DNA of 63,855 nucleotides, filler included. It is 5 parts of 5 records of this genome, joined end to end, with 100 filler letters (N's around TTAATTAATTAA, not from the genome) between each part and the next. Parts side by side here need not be neighbours in the genome. Positions count along the whole stretch, not along the records: positions 58,844 to 63,855 come from SRR31156797_15732; 4 more parts are not named here. One strand, 5' to 3'. Below are positions 61,376 through 63,855 of this stretch, piece by piece. Within the stretch, counting starts at the first letter, position 1. Each line of letters opens with the position of its first letter. Both the position numbers and the translations under genes were made by a program. The notes beneath the pieces are model-generated. The model had not been told where the DNA came from and ran no database searches. It saw only the letters and a program-made list of their open reading frames with translations.

Positions 61376-63064
61376 ATGCAGTTACCAAAATACGAAGTAG
61401 GTCAAACCACCATTGGACAGCTTGTTGATGCTGTGGCCGATCAATTTGGCAACAGCGACGCAGTGAGATATCACGAAAAAAATATCCGCCACACCTATGC
61501 TGAATTCAGAGGTGTCTGTAGTGAAGTCGCCAAAGGATTCATGGCGTTGGGCATAGAAAAAGACGAAAAAGTAGCGGTCTGGGCCAGCAATGTCCCCGAA
61601 TGGTTGTACAGCCAATTCGCAACCGGTAAAATGGGGGCGGTGCTGGTGACGGTGAACACCAGCTATAAATCGTTTGAACTGGAATACCTGATGAAACAGT
61701 CGGACGCTACCACCCTCGTCTTGATCGGTGGTGTACGCGAGGCTGACGAATACTTGCAGGTCATTTACGATGTTTGTCCGGAATTGAAAAATTGCGAGCC
61801 TGGGCAACTGGTTTCAGAAAAGCTTCCCCAGCTGAAAAACGTCGTTTTTATCGGAGACGAAAACCAACCGGGAATGTACACCTGGGCGGAGATGCTTGAA
61901 AAGGGCAAACAGATCCGTGATGAGCAACTGGCCGAGCGTCAGGCGAGCCTTGATCCGGATGATGTGATCAACATGCAATACACGTCCGGGACAACCGGTT
62001 TTCCCAAAGGGGTCATGCTCACCCACACCAATATCATCGGCAATGCCAAAAGCCTCGGTGAATGCATGAAGTTGAGTGAAAAGGACAACTTGTGCATTCC
62101 TGTTCCTTTTTTCCACTGTTTCGGCTGCGTGTTGGGGACGCTGACCTGCGTGGTTTCGGCTGCCTGCATGTCTCCTGTGGTTCAGTTCAAGCCGGATGTG
62201 GTACTGGAGACCATCGAGGCGGAAAAATGTACGGCTGTGCATGGCGTACCGACCATGTTCATCGCCGAGTTGGAAGAGATGGAAAAGAAAGACTATGATA
62301 CCTCGACCTTGCGAACAGGCATCATGGCCGGCTCACCTTGTCCCATCGAGGTCATGAAAAAAGTTGTCGATAAAATGGGGGCTTCCGAGATGACCATCAC
62401 TTACGGTCAGACGGAGGCTTCGCCGGGGATTACCATGACCCGGACCGACGATTCATTGGACTTGCGAGTCAGTACCGTCGGCAGAGCATTGCCCCACGTA
62501 GAGGTAAAAATTGTTGGTATCGAGGACGAGAAGACCCCCTTGCCACCAGGACAGCAGGGCGAACTTTGCACACGCGGATATCACGTCATGAAAGGGTACT
62601 ACAAGTTGCCCGAAGCCACCGAAAAAGCGATTGATGCGGATGGCTGGCTGCATACCGGAGATCTGGCGGAGATGGATGAAAACGGGTATTGCAAGATTAC
62701 CGGACGCAGCAAAGATATGATTATCCGGGGTGGGGAGAATATCTACCCGAGAGAGATTGAAGAGTTCCTCTATACGAACCCTGAAGTTCGCGATGTCCAG
62801 GTCGTCGGCGTACCCGATGTAAAATACGGTGAGGAAGTGGTTGCCTATATTCAACTCAAGGGCGATTCCAATAACGGGATGACCCAGGAAAAAATGAAAG
62901 ACTTTTGTGATGGAAAGATCGCCTTTCACAAGATTCCGAAACACTTTTTCTTTGTGGATGCGTATCCCACCACCGCTTCCGGGAAAATCCAGAAGTTCAA
63001 ACTGCGGGAACAGGCCACGGAAGCGTTGAACCGACAGGAAGCAGCCGCTGTGGAGACAGCGTAA
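61376..63064 (+). CDS. AMP-forming acyl-CoA synthetase
   Basis: QYTSGTTGFPKG, YGQTE, HTGD, GGENIYPREIE, SGKIQK. Confidence 0.93.
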   Translation: MQLPKYEVGQTTIGQLVDAVADQFGNSDAVRYHEKNIRHTYAEFRGVCSEVAKGFMALGIEKDEKVAVWASNVPEWLYSQFATGKMGAVLVTVNTSYKSFELEYLMKQSDATTLVLIGGVREADEYLQVIYDVCPELKNCEPGQLVSEKLPQLKNVVFIGDENQPGMYTWAEMLEKGKQIRDEQLAERQASLDPDDVINMQYTSGTTGFPKGVMLTHTNIIGNAKSLGECMKLSEKDNLCIPVPFFHCFGCVLGTLTCVVSAACMSPVVQFKPDVVLETIEAEKCTAVHGVPTMFIAELEEMEKKDYDTSTLRTGIMAGSPCPIEVMKKVVDKMGASEMTITYGQTEASPGITMTRTDDSLDLRVSTVGRALPHVEVKIVGIEDEKTPLPPGQQGELCTRGYHVMKGYYKLPEATEKAIDADGWLHTGDLAEMDENGYCKITGRSKDMIIRGGENIYPREIEEFLYTNPEVRDVQVVGVPDVKYGEEVVAYIQLKGDSNNGMTQEKMKDFCDGKIAFHKIPKHFFFVDAYPTTASGKIQKFKLREQATEALNRQEAAAVETA

Positions 63065-63253
63065 GAAAAGTGTTGTTCTGATGGTTCTCATCTGCCATAA
63101 CAGCGGACCAAGAGAAACCATCGCGAAGTTGTAACAGGGGGAAGAAGGGGGTTGCGCAACGACAAAAAGTGCTCCCACATTTTGGGCAAGTCGGGCCTTT
63201 TTGTCGTTGCCATTCCTTTGCCTCCTGATTTTCTTTGAAGAAGGGATTTTTCA

Positions 63254-63490
63254 GTGAACGCTGAACCGACGCTGACGGAAAAACAGGCCAAATGGATGCG
63301 TAATCGGCGAAAATGGTATAATTTTTATCTTTTTTCCGGCGTAGGAATCAATTTTTTGCTTTATTTTACAAAGCCGTACGGATTCGATCCAAGCGGAAGC
63401 ATTTTCTGGGGGGCCTTGTTCGGCTTGGGAATCCCGCTCTGCACGATGGTTGTCGGTACCTTTGTTCATCAGAAAATATTAGGCTTATGA
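63254..63490 (+). CDS. small hypothetical membrane protein
   Basis: 78 aa, two TM segments; stop overlaps the next ATG. Confidence 0.65.
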   Translation: MNAEPTLTEKQAKWMRNRRKWYNFYLFSGVGINFLLYFTKPYGFDPSGSIFWGALFGLGIPLCTMVVGTFVHQKILGL

Positions 63491-63855
63491 CACCCCAACT
63501 GCTGGTTATGAAGGGTTGGATACTGGTTTTCGGTCTTGGTCTCCTGGCTTCAGTTGCCTGTGCCGACGTCTGTTATACGCATAGTTATACCGTCGATGAA
63601 TATCTTCTGGGAACCAAAGAGGCCGAATTGGTCGTTGCCTATACCCCATCCTCCATGGTTGTGGACAAGAAAACCCGGTTTACGGGAACCTGGATGAAAC
63701 GGTTTTTCGGGGAAGAGAAGCAAGAACGCTTTTCTACGCAATTTCTGTTGGATGAAGGCCGAATCAAGGAGATTGACTGGCAAAACCGCCGCCTTTATCA
63801 GTATGAGCTCGAAAAATTGGATCAGTTGTCCTGGTTTCAGCAAGATCCAACGTAT
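63487..63855 (+). CDS. exported hypothetical protein (3'-truncated; not in the ORF track)
   Basis: ATGA overlap; MTPQLLVMKGWILVFGLGLLASVACA|D signal-peptide-like; open to the window end. Confidence 0.65.
   Translation, partial: MTPQLLVMKGWILVFGLGLLASVACADVCYTHSYTVDEYLLGTKEAELVVAYTPSSMVVDKKTRFTGTWMKRFFGEEKQERFSTQFLLDEGRIKEIDWQNRRLYQYELEKLDQLSWFQQDPTY

Noticed and set aside
63550..63843. 97-aa minus-strand ORF
   Set aside because: Antisense to a better plus-strand ORF (63487 onward) that has a signal peptide and ATGA coupling.
1..63855. CRISPR array or cas operon (prompted by the Cas4-like domain at 11775-14129)
   Set aside because: No regularly spaced repeat-spacer array or cas genes were seen in any contig.

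Overview
This window is not one locus. It is five unrelated contigs joined by artificial 100-nt linkers (44 N + TTAATTAATTAA + 44 N) at 26977-27076, 32132-32231, 45284-45383 and 58744-58843. Contig 1 (1-26976) is AT-rich and Clostridia-like. It carries a tandem duplication of [promoter + terminator-containing leader + small membrane protein + sodium:solute symporter], trxB, an AraC/GyrI regulator and a Re-type citrate synthase with a 700-nt upstream region. It continues with an aminotransferase, threonine aldolase, a PD-(D/E)XK-DinG nuclease-helicase, a MATE transporter, a SpoIIE-like phosphatase, PPi-type Pfk, the SCIFF ranthipeptide pair and a partial xylA. Contig 2 (27077-32131) holds a type I secretion ABC/HlyD pair, a REC-HATPase regulator and the start of a giant VCBS adhesin. 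Contig 3 (32232-45283) is GC-rich and alphaproteobacterium-like. It is a nonulosonic-acid (legionaminic-type) flagellin glycosylation island with Maf, a B12 radical SAM enzyme, a methyltransferase and a very divergent flagellin-like gene. Contig 4 (45384-58743) is Desulfovibrionaceae-like: several DNA-binding proteins, a thiD-ThiN fusion, tRNA-Leu-tig-clpP-clpX-lon and an ADP-ribosylglycohydrolase-family gene. Contig 5 (58844-63855) is Desulfobacterales-like: a LuxR/NarL regulator end, a small protein + SSS transporter and an acyl-CoA synthetase. The least explained signals are non-coding: a ~200-nt tandem element with a strand-specific, covarying, two-state hairpin upstream of citrate synthase; a duplicated terminator-containing leader before both symporter operons; and a phased TGWWCA array around and inside a MerR-like gene. 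Taxonomy and families come from recognising motifs by eye; no searches were run.
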